Shown piece after piece: positions 37,553 to 52,100 of a stretch of DNA of 64,000 nt (within the stretch, counting starts at the first letter, position 1; each line of letters begins with the position of its first letter). The notes beneath the pieces were generated by a model, which worked only from the letters and a program-made list of their open reading frames with translations, made no database searches and was not told the origin of the DNA. Location: contig JAYWIR010000106.1 of the NCBI GenBank assembly GCA_036172245.1, positions 62,001 to 126,000 of the forward strand, in the 5' to 3' direction. Source of the DNA: Raillietiella orientalis. Its lineage: Eukaryota. The position numbers and the translations under genes were made by a program.

Positions 37553-38921
37553 ATGTTACGCCGGCTTTCCTTTGCCACCGTCGTCCTCATCTTCTCGGCT
37601 CTGCAGTGGGTCGCACGTCGTCCTTGCTCGGCGCTTCAACCGAAACTCTCAGAGCTCGAGGAAAACCGGCTATTCTCGACTGTCTTCCGGGTGGCTTTTG
37701 TCCCGCCTTTTCTACTTTACGTAAACTCGCTGTAGTGTCTCCTAGACACTTCGAAGAGAAACTGGACATAGTCGGCACCCGCACCATTCTTTCGCGCTCT
37801 CGTGTGCCTCGAGCGGATGACTTCTATAGCCCTGTGGCTATAGAAGTTGGTACGGCCGGAAGAGAAGATATTCCTGAGAGTGAGGCGAACGCCGACATTT
37901 TTTGTTCTTTCAGATCGAAAATATCTACATCCGGAATGTAGAATTTGGGATGGTCAATTCCATACGGCCCCCTGCTCAGGTTCCCGTGGACGGCATGATT
38001 GGACTGGGCTTTCCCATCCCGGGCAAATATTCGTTGCTTCAACACATATTCACATCAGGAAATTTAGAGCCCACGTTTTCTGTCTGCCTGCCCAGGTACT
38101 GTAGGGACAAGTGGGAACACTAAATTGCCGTCGGCACTGCTTCTCGATCCTGTTCTAATACTGAGGATACATGCTGCCTCCTAAAAAAGGGGGCTGGAAA
38201 ATTGAAAACGAAAGTGCTCTTTATGATTGCCTGCTTTGTTAGTCGAAAGAAGAGAGTAAGAACATGCCATTCCGTAGGAACCCTTCCTCTGAAGGATGGC
38301 TATACTTTGGCGGCAGCGATTTCGATCTCTATCATGGACGATTTGTTTATCACGATTTGATCAATTCATCAGACTCCCATTGGAAGATTGGAATGAAGAA
38401 GTGAGCCCGAAATTTCGCAGGTTCCGCTCTCACCTTCACCAGAGTGCAATTCTTCCAGCGCACGCTGTGTGACAAAGATTGCGTCGGGAAGGTGGTCGTT
38501 GGATCTCGGCTAGCTGGTCCCAAGAATCAGGTTTCCTTGATTCTAGAGGATCTGGGAGTACCTCCGGCACAGCAGCTATATACTGCCACAGTGGTAAGCC
38601 GTATAGCTTTCTGAAGCTGCCACGCGAGGTTTTCTCAAGGTGAAATGTCAGCCTGTGTTCCCACCATTGTGGTTCACTGTGGACAATACCATCTACAGGC
38701 TCGAAGAGAAAGATTACATTAGAAAGGTGAGTTGAGGTGTCCCATGTCCCCGCCATCCCAAGTGGGTGCTCGCATTGAAGGAAGACAACAAATGTACCGT
38801 GGAAATCTCGATGTTACCAGACGAAGCCAATGTGTGGCACCTTGGAGACAGATTCCTCTCGAAGTTCTGCGCCTCCTTCGACTACGGGAAAAAAAGGGTT
38901 GGTTTCGCGAAACAGAAATAG
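37553..38921 (+). CDS. Pepsin-family (A1) aspartic protease homologue, multi-exon; probably non-catalytic or a pseudogene
   Basis: Signal-like MLRRLSFATVVLIFSALQ; exons FR|CLLDTSKRNW, VEFG..DGMIGLGFP..FSVCL, GWLYFGGSD..YHGRFVY..HWKIGM, LCDKDCVGKVVVGSRLAGP, WHLGDRFLSKFCASFDYGKKRVGFAK*. Short GT-AG introns. Exons near 37770-37880 do not join cleanly in frame. Confidence 0.85.
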
Positions 38922-39013
38922 CGACTTTTCCTGTGTCGACCACATAAATGGGAAAGAAACTGCAAATCGACTGCACGCGTGCGCGCTTCGCGGAAAATAC
39001 AGATTGCACGCTC

Positions 39014-39921
39014 CTAGGCTTCTCGTTACGCGGCGTTCCCGCCAACATCCGGAAAGGGCTTTTTTTGACGGGCGCGAAGAATGCAGCCGCGCAGCTGCGG
39101 TAAGCGCGTGGTATCCTGACGTCGCGGGTTTAAATCCCGTCCGTGGAAGGAACGACGACGAGAACACGGGATGCGTCGTGGGCTTTACGCCCTCTCCCAG
39201 AGGTTGACGCTGGTTGGCCTACGGGATTCAGGTGCGGCGGCACTAGTAGAAGCACTCCCTTAGGCTCGCCGGGATCGAAAGTCGACTTTCCGGATCCTTC
39301 TAAGAATCAGGAAGCACATTCAGAGCCTTCAGAGTTTCTCTTAGAAGAAGACCTTTCATCGTGTAGCAAGGAGCCGGTTGATACTCTCCTCGAGAGTTGG
39401 CCCTTCAAAGTGTGAGAAGAGCTCTACTTCCTCCTAAAAACTCTCCTGAGAGAAAAGGAAAAGAATTCCTTCGGAATTCTCTTCAGAAGAGGGAGCAAGG
39501 AGCAAGGAAAGGTTCTCTCCAGAGTAGAAAATTCGAAGAATATATCCTTTTAGAATTCTCTTTGACGCTGAAACGATGGTCCCATGGGAGAGAAGAAGAA
39601 ATAGGTTCCCTCCAAGTGTTCCTTCTCAGACAACAAGGGCGGGGGTTCCTCCCAGGTGTGAAAGGAACAAGCTTTTGAATTTATGGAATGGACCCTGCGA
39701 GGTGAACTCCACAAACCTGGAGGTCATACTCAACTTCGGCTAGCGTTAAACAGTGTCAAAGAGCTTTATGAGCCTCCCCAAAAGGCAAATGGCTCTTGGG
39801 TTTTTAGAGATTTAAAAAAAAGGATGGACTCGCCCATCACTACATCTCAAACCCGGGCTCACGCTGCCCGGTTCAGTGATGGCGGTGGAGATTACCGGGT
39901 AGACCCTAGCTAGGGTCTACC
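39014..39921 (+). other. About 900-nt rod-like fold-back unit; mirror 14068-14975 (-)
   Basis: Nested stems around tip agaattcc-ttc-ggaattct (39462-39480); second tip is a 24-bp perfect palindrome at 39898-39921. Confidence 0.8.
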
Positions 39922-42900
39922 TGGCAGCAAGAGCGCCGACTCCAAGGGAAAGCTGCCGCAAATACCGAGGATCACTTCAGAACTTCGTTGAGAATACCGA
40001 GCAGCTCATCACAACGTTGCACTCTACGTGGAAAGACGAATGGAGTCGCTGAGTCGGTCATCTGCTCTGTGGTCCAATCACTCATTCTCTTTCTCCTGCC
40101 TGTGATCTGGCAGAAGACTTCTCACGTCATCGGTGAACTACTGCCATTACCTTCTTTAGGAAGAGCAGAGCTCCGGCTAGAATTTTCGCGCTTCGTGCAA
40201 GTGCTAATGCTATAACTCCACAATCTGCTGCGGCGGGCAACGGATGCAACAGCCGAGTCGCAGACAGTTCGGGCAGAACTTCTCCACCGTATTGTCAACA
40301 GTTTCCTCTAGCCAGGCTCTAGAGTCGGCGGCTCAGCAGGCCATACAGCCGTACTACTTCTCCATGGGGATCATTCGACCGAGGAAAAGACGCACTTTTC
40401 ACATTTCGACCGGAGCACAAAAGGAAAGACTCGAGTCTTTCGGTTCCAGCGAAACGGCTGGTTAACAGGCCTACGGGAATATACCAACCATAGGGTGCTC
40501 ACATACTTCGCTACGATGGCTATCATTACATCTCAGTAAGATCATTTAATGCTTTACGGAAGAGATGACCTGCCCTAGTACAGAATTTTATCTCGATTAT
40601 TCGGGATGATGGCGACGTTCCCGCCTCGTTCCGGCCAACAAGCGCAGGGAAGGAGACCATAGGAAATTAACGAACCGGAGTTCTCTCACCATGGTGATGT
40701 GGACACCAAGTTGCTGCCAAAGTATAAGCTGAAACACTGGGACGGGTCGCGAAATCCGTAATCAGTCCGGAGAAGATTCACGCTGTTCCCGGGCAAACTC
40801 TGGATGCTAGCCGTTTCTCGTCAGCACATGGTGGCAGGCGATGAAGGAAAGGAAGAAGATTGGCAGTCCTAGCTCAGAGGCGTGAATTGGCTAGAAGAAG
40901 GCTTTCGCTGCGTCCCGTGCCGAGCGCATCTGCCTGCGCACCAGCAGATACGCTCGTCAATCGTTGAAGGAGATCCTGGGTGACACCACGAATCTGCTTT
41001 GGGCGTCGTTCACCCCCGATGCCTTAATGCAGACCTCACTACGGATAGCAATAGGCAGTGATCTTCCTGCAAACTGTTAGATAACGTGCAAAATTAATAA
41101 TAAGAAAAGAAATGGAGGTGCGTGAACAACTGGGGTGCGGAAGATGCTACCACCCCGAGTGTTGCTCCCAAAAGGAGAGCTGCGATGGAGATAGCTACTA
41201 GAAATTTTTCCGGAGAAGATGCAATGCTCTTCAGCGTGCTAACACAGTGGAAACCTTTTCCCCCAAAGTGGCACGAGTAGGAGATCCTTCTGAAGCATTG
41301 GGATCTCCCATGCAACGTCTTCTATAACTGAACCTGCGGGAATGTAAGCACCAACTGGAGGGAGTGCGGCGTAAGAGAGTTCCTCTTGCACCTGCTCATG
41401 GATTGGGTTGCCCTCTGTCTTTTGTAGGAACGTTTTACCGCTTCTCTGCGGAACCACGAGAACAAACCCAGAGACATTGTGAAGCGCCTTTTCTAGTGAG
41501 AATCCATCACTCCAGCCTCATCTCTAGCAGCACTTCGCTGCCTATGCGGTATAGTTGTTGCATGGAGCAACTACAGAAGCGTCCATAAGGATAGATACGT
41601 CATTTTTTTTGCAATCGTCTTCCTGAGGACAGCGTAAAGATGGCCCCAATATAAAATCTTCAAACAAAAACTTGCCGGCATTCTGCAAAGGCTGCAGAGG
41701 ATGCTATCCAGCAGCAGTGATTCCTTCATGAATCCTCCAAATGTTCATGTACATATTTTACTCTCTAGAGCGGCTGTGACGGTATAACATCTCCACAGTT
41801 TCGTGGAAGCAGATGCAAGGGTAACCGACAGCACTCGCGGATGTATTCGCGAGTTAACGGCTGGCGAATCCGCGGAGGTGCTGGCGAAGATGCTCCGCCG
41901 CCTCCTGTTGGCTAAGCCAGTCCGCCGGCATCCGTCAAAAGCTGTTCAGAAGTTCCTTTCCTGGAGAAGCACTAACTGCAGCTTGGGAAGCCCGTAGAGC
42001 GCGCACTGCACTCTGACTCTCCTCGCTTTTAGGAGCAGGTGTTTATCAAAGTAGATGTGATCCACGGACCCTTCCACTTCAGGTTCGCTAGAGTGCAATT
42101 TAGGCGTGCGCATATCTCATTCATCCGACTCCTTTTCGCCAGGGATGTGCTCTAGTTGGAAAGCAAGTAGACGTTGAAGTTCCCTGCAGCAAGATGGGAC
42201 CGTTACTTCGGAGATCGCGAGCCATCGGCTGTCCAGTGCACAGAAGAAGTTCATTCTTTCGATGTTCCGATGGAAGCCGATTGGCGTACAGTCGTTCGTC
42301 ACGAAGAGATCGATTCTCACCACTGGAGAACCCCAAAATGGCCGACTCGTCCTTCTTAATCGAAGCGAGCGCTATGTACCGCTCCACCATCCTGAGATGC
42401 ATGGCGAACCTGACTCCAGAAGTTCGTGCGGAGCTTCTCCGGCAGTGTAGCTCCTGAGCGCTGCGAGAGCCCGGCAACCAAGTCATCGGAGAAGTTGTGG
42501 ATGTCCTGCGGGGGTGCCAAGTCGAAACGCCACATTGGGTTAGCCACGCTGTCGCGTAGGACCCGTTGAGAATCCAATAGTCTACTCTGAACCACCGAAG
42601 TAAAGAGACTCCAACATTCATGCTAGGAGGACGATGGCGTGTTCCTCGTTCCATCATTTGAGGGGTCACTAAACAGCGCGGCAGGTTCCGGAGCAAGTTT
42701 GTGTCCAGCATCTGCATGCTGCTCACTGTTTATTGCTCAGAAGCGAGGAGCAACCTCTGAGGTTGTCTCGGCGGGTGTCGCACTCAACAGAGTGGCTCCT
42801 GTAAGCCTTCTCCTGGGGCGCTCACGTTTTCGATCTGCTTTCGCACTGTCTTCATGTGATGTCAGGCTTCTGATCGGAATCCGACTGCCGAGCGACGGAG

Positions 42901-45900
42901 AGGAGTTTTGCCTGTGTTGCAGTATGCTGGGAGTCTGCTCGATGACTTTGGCTGCGTTTCCTGTAACGCATTCTGTTGTCATGGCTAGAGTGTTTTTCTT
43001 AAGCAAAAGCGGAAGCCACCCGCTCCTTGTGCATGCGGACTACAGCGCAGGAAGCAGGTGCCGCAACCTTTTTCTGTGCAAGTTTGTTCTCAGAAGGTCT
43101 TTTGTGGTTATGTAATTTTAGACTGCTTCCGCCTCTTTTAAGCTCCTACCTACTCGTTACAGCAGCAGTAATCTTCGACATTCGGAGATGGTTCTGCCTC
43201 CGTGAAAGTTAGAGGTTCTGTCTCTGGTCAGTGGTCAGCGTTGCCTTCGCGGCCAGTAAGGATGCTGCTGTGGCACAAACCACGTTCGCATGTGGTTTCC
43301 GCGAGGAACGTGCGTTAGGGAGCAACATCACCTTCGACATCGGAGGTTCCGCTACCTTGGCAGCGCTGAAGGAAGCTTCCTTGCATACTTTGCCCAAGCA
43401 ACTGGCTTCGACCCGTCGAGTGGACTGTCGTCATGCTTCAATGCCTCAGAAGCCTTTCTGCGAGGTTTTTTCGGATGAATGGAGAATGTGCGAGCTTCCT
43501 TCTCTTCGGCAACGAGCGAGCGAGCCATTGCAGCCTCATCGAAGGGCCTGCCTTTCTCTTCGGCGTTCTCACGACACTGGACTTCCGCGAAGACCCGCGT
43601 TCAACTCCCATAGCGTTTTTTTCCATCTGGTTTTCCATCCTTCCGCATGGACGCGGCGGGATTTGTGATCGTTGCGCTCGCAAGACGATGTTTTTCCTTC
43701 CACCGCTATTGGGTTTTATTTTCCCTTTTTCTTTCTTTGCCAGGAGCTCCAGGCATCTTTCTTCGGTGTGCCCGTGCTGGCGGCAGTAGCAGCAATTGAC
43801 TGAGAAACACCTCATCATGTTATGTCCCTCCTTTCAACACTGACTGCACGCAGGCGGTTTCCTTGCAAACCACAGGCGGACCGCTGTCTGGTCAACTCGC
43901 AGTCGTACAGTGATAACGCGGTGGTTCGCCACCGTAACTCGATCTGCGTCGAGTCCGCCGTGGACGTCTTCGACCCCTTTTGCAGGGTTCGGTGTTTCCC
44001 ATAAAGCGCGCACGGTGGCCAAGAGCCGCAGGAATACAATCAGTTTTCGATCCACAATGTGAGGTCCTATCTTTCTCAACTGGACCACGAAAGATTGGAT
44101 CTCTGCTGTGGGGGCGATCTTCTACCCCTCGATGGTTAGTGACATCTGCAGCAAACACTGCGTAAGTAGAGCGTCCTTCCAGGAGAGCTTCTATCACTGA
44201 TGGTCATGAGGGAGAGAAGATCCTCATCGAACTCCTACGCAATGGGGCTCTTTCCCCTGCTCGCGCCCAAAACGCACCCAAGCATAAGGTAGCTTACTTG
44301 ATACCTGAGTGTGGGCTTGTAGCCATGGGCTACGTACGCCTGCAACTCGGCACTCTACCGTGTGCTTCCGTAGCGGCAGCGACGTACCCGGCAAAAGTTC
44401 TCTGTGGCGGTGAAACGAGTTGTGACACGCAGCGTTGCCATTGCGGGGACGGAAACAGTCTTCGCCATGTTCTCTTTTCCGTCTGCAGATGCCATTCGTC
44501 CACTAAGGACACGCGCTGATACAACGAAGAATCAGTAGGGCGCACGGAACGACGGGAACGCGCGTCCATCCTCTTCAAACGCCGATGAGGTTTTCACACA
44601 GTTTCTCCGGGACGTCTATTCAAAAAAATAGTTTAGGGGGAAATATTATCCCCTGAATAAAAGAGATGAGCTAACAAAAAAGAAAAGTTCATTCGGGATA
44701 ACCACCGGCATGCAGACCGGCTTCTAAGTTTTCCACCCGGTTCGTACGGGGCATGTAGTAGTGAAAAATAATGAAAATACACTTACATATGATTGTGTAG
44801 GGAAACAGTTGGTTGCACCACGTGCTCTGAACGTGCCACGACCGGCACATAGATCTGGAAACAGGGAAGAAGAAAACACTTTAGTAGGGAAACGGGAAAA
44901 TTTTTGTAGAGAGAATGAGGGGGATGGGAATGGGATCACACCTCGCTGGGAGACGTCCTCAGCATCCTGTCCAGAATTCTAAAAGATACTCTCCGAAGGT
45001 TACTCACGTTTTTCACCTGGATTTGCCAGAAATTTATTATTAAAAATAAAAGTACATAGAATAAGTCAAAGTGTAAGAAAACACTTGGTTTACCACGTCC
45101 ATCCAACTTGTCGATCACCGACGCGGAGATTGGTGAGGCAACTGTCCGCTCCAGAAGCAAAGGGGAAAAGGAAACCGAAGGGACAATAAATAAATCAAAA
45201 AAGACGGGAGAGCAGGGACAGAGGTCTTCGGTATGAGACGATCCTTCCACTTTATATGCAGCTGTGGATTTTGGCGATCTCTATGGCAATTATTCTGACA
45301 GATGATGCATCCTTGCAGCTCTCGTCATGAATACTGCTGCCAAACTGGTGGCCTCCTTTCGCTGTGCACACGACTCTAGTAAACTGGCAAAACTCCAGTG
45401 ACAGCCTCCAGTAAACGGGAAGCTGTCACTGTGGCCCGGGTGCTACAGACTGTTGCGAAGCCCGCCTACGGTGAAGAAGCGCTGCAACAAGTCCCTGGCG
45501 GTATCCTGAGGTTGGCGGGTCGCCGAAGCCAGTCTCCGCCAGAAGTGCTCCAGGACACTGCACTTCGGCCGGAAATGCAGGAGCGCTTCCATTGCTCAGC
45601 CGCTTGAACAGTTTGCTGAGACAACTTCCCGGAAACCAGGTGTCTGCGCTAATCGCACTGTAATCCCCATTGCAAAAATACAAGAACCTCTTGCTTCCAC
45701 CGGAGCGGGAACACGGGGATATACATATTGAATGTACATATTGAGTGAGCAGGGGATTTCAACGTCGGCCTGCTGTCAGGTGCTCCGAACGGACAAGTCG
45801 ATCTGGTCAACGAGATGAGTGCGGCAATGTACACGCGCGAATTATTGACGGCGAAAGCCAAGAGGTTCGAAAGCATCGTACAGTTCTCGATTTCCTACCC

Positions 45901-48900
45901 GCGAGCACGGGCAATCACTTGTGGTCGCGGGTAGGAAATCCAAGAGCAGCACGGTGAGCGCTGTCCAGCTACTCCCGGCATGTGCTCCAAATACATCCTC
46001 GTGACAAAGGCTCACTCTTTCAAGCGTGGAGCCTGTCAAAAATCTGGTTAAGCCGCGCATGAGAAGCGAAGCACTTCCGCAAATTCCTGAGAAGGATCGA
46101 CCTGCAGACGCACGTGGACTGGACAATTGAAAACTCTCAGTCAGATACTTCTCAGACAACCAGTGCGCCTTTCCTTAGGTTTTCGGGTTGCCACTTGGTC
46201 ACGCCGAAGCGTTTATGGAAAACAGTATACTGACAAGTTTCGTGATGGGGCACGTAGCCCTACGACAGCCGATTCCACATTGAACCTTCCAAATCGGCGG
46301 TACACAGACGGACGTTGTCACCTCGGCAGCGGAGGAAGATGGGAAAGAAATGAAAATAAAATAAAGAATAAATAGAAATAAATAAGAACACCCTGGACGG
46401 TCAAGAGGGAATCTGTTTACTGGAGTGAGTGTGCATTCTTCCCAGGATGCCGGCTAGGTACGTACGTATAATGACCGTCCTTATGCAGGAGCCATCTGGC
46501 CGCTATCCACAGAAGGCGAACTGCTAACTGCATGAAGTCCCTCTGTTGTCTTCCTCTGTTGCTTCTCTCTAAATCGCCACGGTCTTACGGGTGAAGAGAA
46601 GTGCTGTTGGGGCTGCGGCTGGCTGCCGGGAGTTCCTCACAAGGAGCCGTAAAACGTCCCTGGGGGTGCCAACCAAGATCAAGGAGCTCCAGTAGCTCCT
46701 GGTGCACGCAGTTGGATGCTTTACTCAGAATCACTCCGAAAGGTAGTGCTCCTGCTGCCGCCCGGCGGTCCATCTCTTGAACAGTGGACGCCCCGAAATT
46801 CGGGGTGTAGACAATTCCCTCTTTTGGTTTTCTACCGCTATGTGCGTAAAACCACGTACTGGAGATGAACAGGCATCCATACTTCTCCCGAGAGTAGCAT
46901 GAGTCTCCTTCGGGATAATTACGGAAGCCACCACCTGTCTCCATTGCTCAATTCATAGATTCGCCATAAATTCGCCAATTCATAGATTCGCCATAAATTC
47001 GCCAATTCATAGATTCGCCATTCGTACCCGGAGCCGCGCGCTTGCGGCCCTAGTCGTCCGTCCAGCAAATTGCCTGACCCGGACTGTTAGGCTTGGCCCT
47101 CGGCTCTGTACTCTGCCAGATGACGGAAGTTGAGGGTTCCAGCGTAACGTTAAGCTTTCAAGTACGCTCTTTCGTTACGGATGCCCTACCCGAATCCCAC
47201 CGCGAGCCGACGTGTTTTTGTCGCAATTGTCAGCGAACTTTCGAAAACCTTTCTTCCGTGCGTGTTTTGTGCGTTATGTCGCCAATGTCCCATGACAGGG
47301 ACGCCTCAGGATGCCGCGATGGAGATAGGGGTGAGAGGGACAACTTCCTTTTTCCAGCATACAAAGTTGGGAGTAGTCGCCCCCAAGGAATCTTCGGCAC
47401 CGAGGGTGAGGAGCTGGTGAGCAGCGGCCGCCGCAGCATCTGCAACAGCTGTGGCAGAGGTCACCGCTTATAAGACACAGAGCAACAAGCCTATCTTTCT
47501 TTATAAGATAGGTTGCATTTTTCTTGGTGAAACTTTGCGCACCTTCGTGAGAGAGTTGCGAAGATTAGGTAAATAAGGAAGAACCTGAAAATATCTCCGT
47601 TTTATGTGGGGGTTAGCACGTAGGGCTGACTTGCAAGGACGCAAGTCTTGCCCAGCGTTTCTTAAAGATTTCTATAACGATAGGAGGACTTTTACCCGTA
47701 ACGGAGGGCTGGTCGATCGTTTAACACCCGCGTGTTCCGGGGCGTTTATTTTAAGAACAAACAAACATGTGTAGGGCCATCGGCCCTACAACTCCCGAAA
47801 GGGTTTGGAAGTTGCCGAGTAACCAGCATGCAGGCCGGCGAAATTCGAATCAGCAGCGGAGGGAGAGGGGACAAACAAAAAGAGAAATAAAACGAAACAC
47901 TATTTACAAAAACAGGGAGGGCTGGGGAAGGGATAACGTGCCACTGCAGGCCGTCCTCTACAGCCTTTCTAGGATGCCGGCAAGTTCCATCCGTGTATGC
48001 CCCAGATGAGGCCATCTAGTTGCCGTCCTCAGGAAGACCAAAGCGAAGCAGATGGCGTCCTTATCGTGCCGTTCTGTTGTTCCGTAGCTCCAGGCCTCTA
48101 CAATCCCACATAGGCAGCAAAGGGCTGATAGGGCTGCGACAGGCAAAATGGCATCGCGCACAAAGAGACTCTTGAACACGTCTCTGGGAGCGTTCACTGG
48201 TACTCCTAGGACCGTTGCGAAACGCAACCACAGAGCTGGAGGGCAAAAGAGTCAACGAGCATGTGCTGGAGGGATTCCCATACCCCGCACCTGACGCAGT
48301 TTGGGTTCGCAGCCCTCCAAGTCCAGTGGGATCGATGGGCGTTTCTGGGGAGTCCCCAGTGCAACACCAGGATGCCGACTCGTACCACTTCAGGGGGAGG
48401 TCCCGGTTTTTCCTCAGTGCTGGCTGCCACTAGAGTTCTTCCGTCGAGATTCTCGGCAGCTCGTCTCAGCGCAACAGTCCCATCGGTGGGGCACTTGGGA
48501 TCGCAGCGTCAGTTAACCGACCCGAAGTTACCTGGTAACTTCTCTCTTCCCGAGATTTCACAACAGACCTCCCATTTGGCTAGGTTGCTACTGCCCAGGT
48601 GCTCCCTGAGGTGAGGCAGAGCCGCAGCTAGGGATATCCTTTCAGCCCACTCACGCAAGGAGGGCTACAGGATGACGTCCTGCAGCGAGCGGCTGCTGTA
48701 AAAGGAGTGAAGCAGTCGCTGCTCCAGCTCCGGGCTCAATTCCTTGTTCTGGGCCCATTTGCCAAGGATTTCCTGTAACCAAGCACTATCGTTCACGAAC
48801 CGGCAGGAGATCCAGGTGTTCGTCCTGGCGAGCTTGGCCACTCTCCAAGGCACGTAAAGCACGTGCCCGTGGGGATAACCAGGAGGATCCATTTGGAATG

Positions 48901-49169
48901 CCCCTCCCACGTATAGTCAACCGGAACGACCGTGGACTTCGTCCTGTTGACGCTCGCGCCGCTCTCCGAGGAATCAGCTCCAAGAAATCCTCGAGGTGGA
49001 CATGGGCAACAGGAGAAGCAGGTCGTGGGCATAGGCGGCCACGGCTGGAGTTCCCGGACAGGACCTCGGCAGTCGGAGCGTTGTTCTCCGGCTGTAAGGT
49101 CGCGTCGTTTTGATGCTTCTTTTTCCTCCTGTGGAGTCGTTGTGAAAAAAATCAATAAAGTGTCAACCA

Positions 49170-52100
49170 AGTGATAGAAGGAGACGGAAGAAGTGTAAAG
49201 GGAAAGTGGATGAACAGAGTGCCCTTTGCGTGCCCTTCCCTAACGAGTGAACTCTTGAACAGAGACACAGCTGGAGAGGGAGGAAACTCTAGTGGATCGT
49301 TGCCAATAGGAACACAGCATAACACCACCGAGACGTGCTCACCAGCACTCTCCTATGAGGTGACCGTGGTAGCGTTGCCGAGCAACGCCCCGCTCCGGTA
49401 GTACGCAGCGGTCACGCCGACGCTGCCAACAAATTCGAATGCGTCGTCCGTAACAATGGCGAGGAGAACGGAGCCCGCCATTTTTGAAATCAAAAGGGTC
49501 ACAGAACCCGTATGGAAAATGGATGCGGAGGTCAAAATGGTGGCCTTCAAAACAGGCCTTCTTAAAATAAACATCTGCGATATATACGTCTCCTCGCATG
49601 AAAGAAACGTCAAATTTAAAGATATTAAAGCCATCATCCCGAGTGGCATTGGCTTAACAATCTACACGATAGATGAGGAACAGGGAATTGGGAAACTGGA
49701 ACACGGAATTGTCACCAATGGACGCCACTTGCGAGGCATGGGAGAGGCAAGCCACACCTAGGTAGTCCTATCGGGAATAAGAGAGAGGTCGTGTGGAACT
49801 CTCTCGCAGTACGGTGAAGTGCGAAAGGTGTTTTTCCGCAATTCGATAGCGGAAGTGTTTACAGGTGAGGCGTTGTCCAAGATAAAACTCGTTGAGGACA
49901 CGAGGATCCCAGGAGGAGTCTGCAGAGGCGGATACTCCCAAAACGTGCGTTACCGCGTGCAACCCGCGTTCTGCGCGGGATGCAAGCAGTTTGGGCATCG
50001 GATAGGCGCTTACCGAAGAGCACTCTGTTTTAAATGTGGTCAGCAGGGCTACTTCATCATAGCTTGCACAAGGCCCCCGCAGTGCTATTACTGCAAAGAG
50101 TCGGGCACATCAAGAGGAAATGACCGAGGTTTTCCAAGTGGCTCGTGGCTTAGGGACCAGCCCCACTCCCTGCAGTTCAACTCAAGGAGCAAGAAGGAGA
50201 AGCGAGAATCTCAGCTCAACAGCAGCCGCAATCTCTACAGAAGTGCAGAAGAAAAAAAAAAGAAGAGGAAAGCCGCGAGCAAAGAGCTTTCTCCAGTTTC
50301 AGTAGCGCCAGAGGAATTGGGCGCAACTAAAAGGAAAAAGCAACAGAGGTTAGATTTGGGAGGAGACGCACTCACCCACGGAGAGGTCAACTGCCCGCAT
50401 AATACGGACGAGGAACAGAAGGATGCGCTGCTCTTCGTTTCATCCCCCCGGGAGGAAATCCATGCCACCGCCGTGATCGACCGCATGGAAGTCTAAGTGG
50501 AGGACATCCTGAAGACTGTGAAATCCAGAACCGTTGCTTTGGAAAAAGAGGAAAAGCTCCCTGTAAAGCCAACCAGACGTGCTGGCCGAGAAGCACTCTC
50601 CAGAGAAGGAATCCCTGCCGAAGACATCACGGACTACGTAAAGTCGGAGGGAGAGAAGGGGGAGCTCCTTTGGGGAAGTCCTCGGCGTCTTCCAAGCAGA
50701 AAATGACGAAAACACTGAGAAGAAAAAAGTAATTTCCCATAGCTTCCTTCCTATTTTCCACCAGGAGCATCAAGATTCCTCCTGGAACGTGAATTGGATG
50801 TGAAACCAGGAGAAGAGAAGAAGGATCACTCAAACCATCCAGCGTAACGACATCATCTGCCTGCAAGAGACCCACGAGACGGGTGACCAGATCTGACACG
50901 AACCCGGAAGGCGACTGGATGCTATGCTGTTTCTGAGCTCGGGAGAGAGGCAGACAAAGGAAGTTGCGATCCTCATCAAAAACAGGATTGCCAACACCGT
51001 CCGAGAACCAAGAACCAGCGAAAGCAGACTAACACCTAAGCAGCGCTCACCTGCATGCCCACCAGGTTCGAAACGCTTCTTTGTCTCCAGAAATTGATGG
51101 AAACGATCCTCATGAGAGACACCATTCGCAGGGTCGAGTACTGGAACAAGTGGAAGCCCATCCACTCACATATTTTGCAACGCGCAATTTGGAAACAGGA
51201 AGATGAGACCGGAAGCGTACCGGCAGCTAAACATCCAAGATCGCCCGCTCTACAGGTACTGGGTCCAGTACGAAAGCCGGTACGTCTTCGCAACGTCAAA
51301 GGAGAAATAGGCGTGCAGGAAAAAAACCTTCTGGCGACGGATATCTTCTGCATCCAGCACGGAGACCAGCTAAGACAGAAGTCGGTAGAAAAAACGGAGG
51401 CGTTCCACCAGCATTACACCTCCCACTTTCGACGTCGAGATCTGTACAGAGCTGAGCAAGAGGTTTTCCTTCGACACCTACAGAAGAGACTTACCAGACA
51501 ACAGCAGTAAAGACTAGAAGAGGAAATCTCGATGGAAGAAGAGAAGCAGGCGTTTGGAGGACTCCGCAAGGAAGTGGCTGCAGGCTCTGATTGAGTGCCC
51601 ATCTCGCACTATCAGCGATACGTCCACCTGCGGTTGCTTCACGAGCTGCTGCTTCGCATTCACGAAGAACAAAGGATCCCCGAGTCGTTCCACGAGAGCA
51701 GGATGAGGCTGCCAAATGGAGATCTGACCAAGGTCACCCAATGGCGACCCATCTCCATCTTGAACACGGATGCCAAGTTGCTGCCCAGGATCTGAGCCAA
51801 CCGCTTGAGCAAGACGCCCTCATTTGTCATCTCTCCAATGCAGACTTGCGCGATGCCCGGACGCAGCATGTCTGACAACGTGAAGTATGCTCAGGCCACC
51901 ATAGGTTACAGTCGCTACGTCGCCGACAACCTGGTGCTGGGTTGCATGGATATGGAGAAGGCGTTTGACATCGTGGACCATGGGATGCTTCTTCTGAAGA
52001 TTTTGAGGAAACTGGGCTTACCGGAATACTTCGGCGACTACATGGAGAAGAATCCAGAAGAACACTACTTCAGGATAACCATCAACGGGCAAGACACGTC

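Noticed and set aside
39082..39146. tRNA-like A/B boxes (gcgcagctgcggtaagcg...gggtttaaatccc)
   Set aside because: No anticodon arm or acceptor stem, and these bases pair within the 900-nt rod; probably coincidental.
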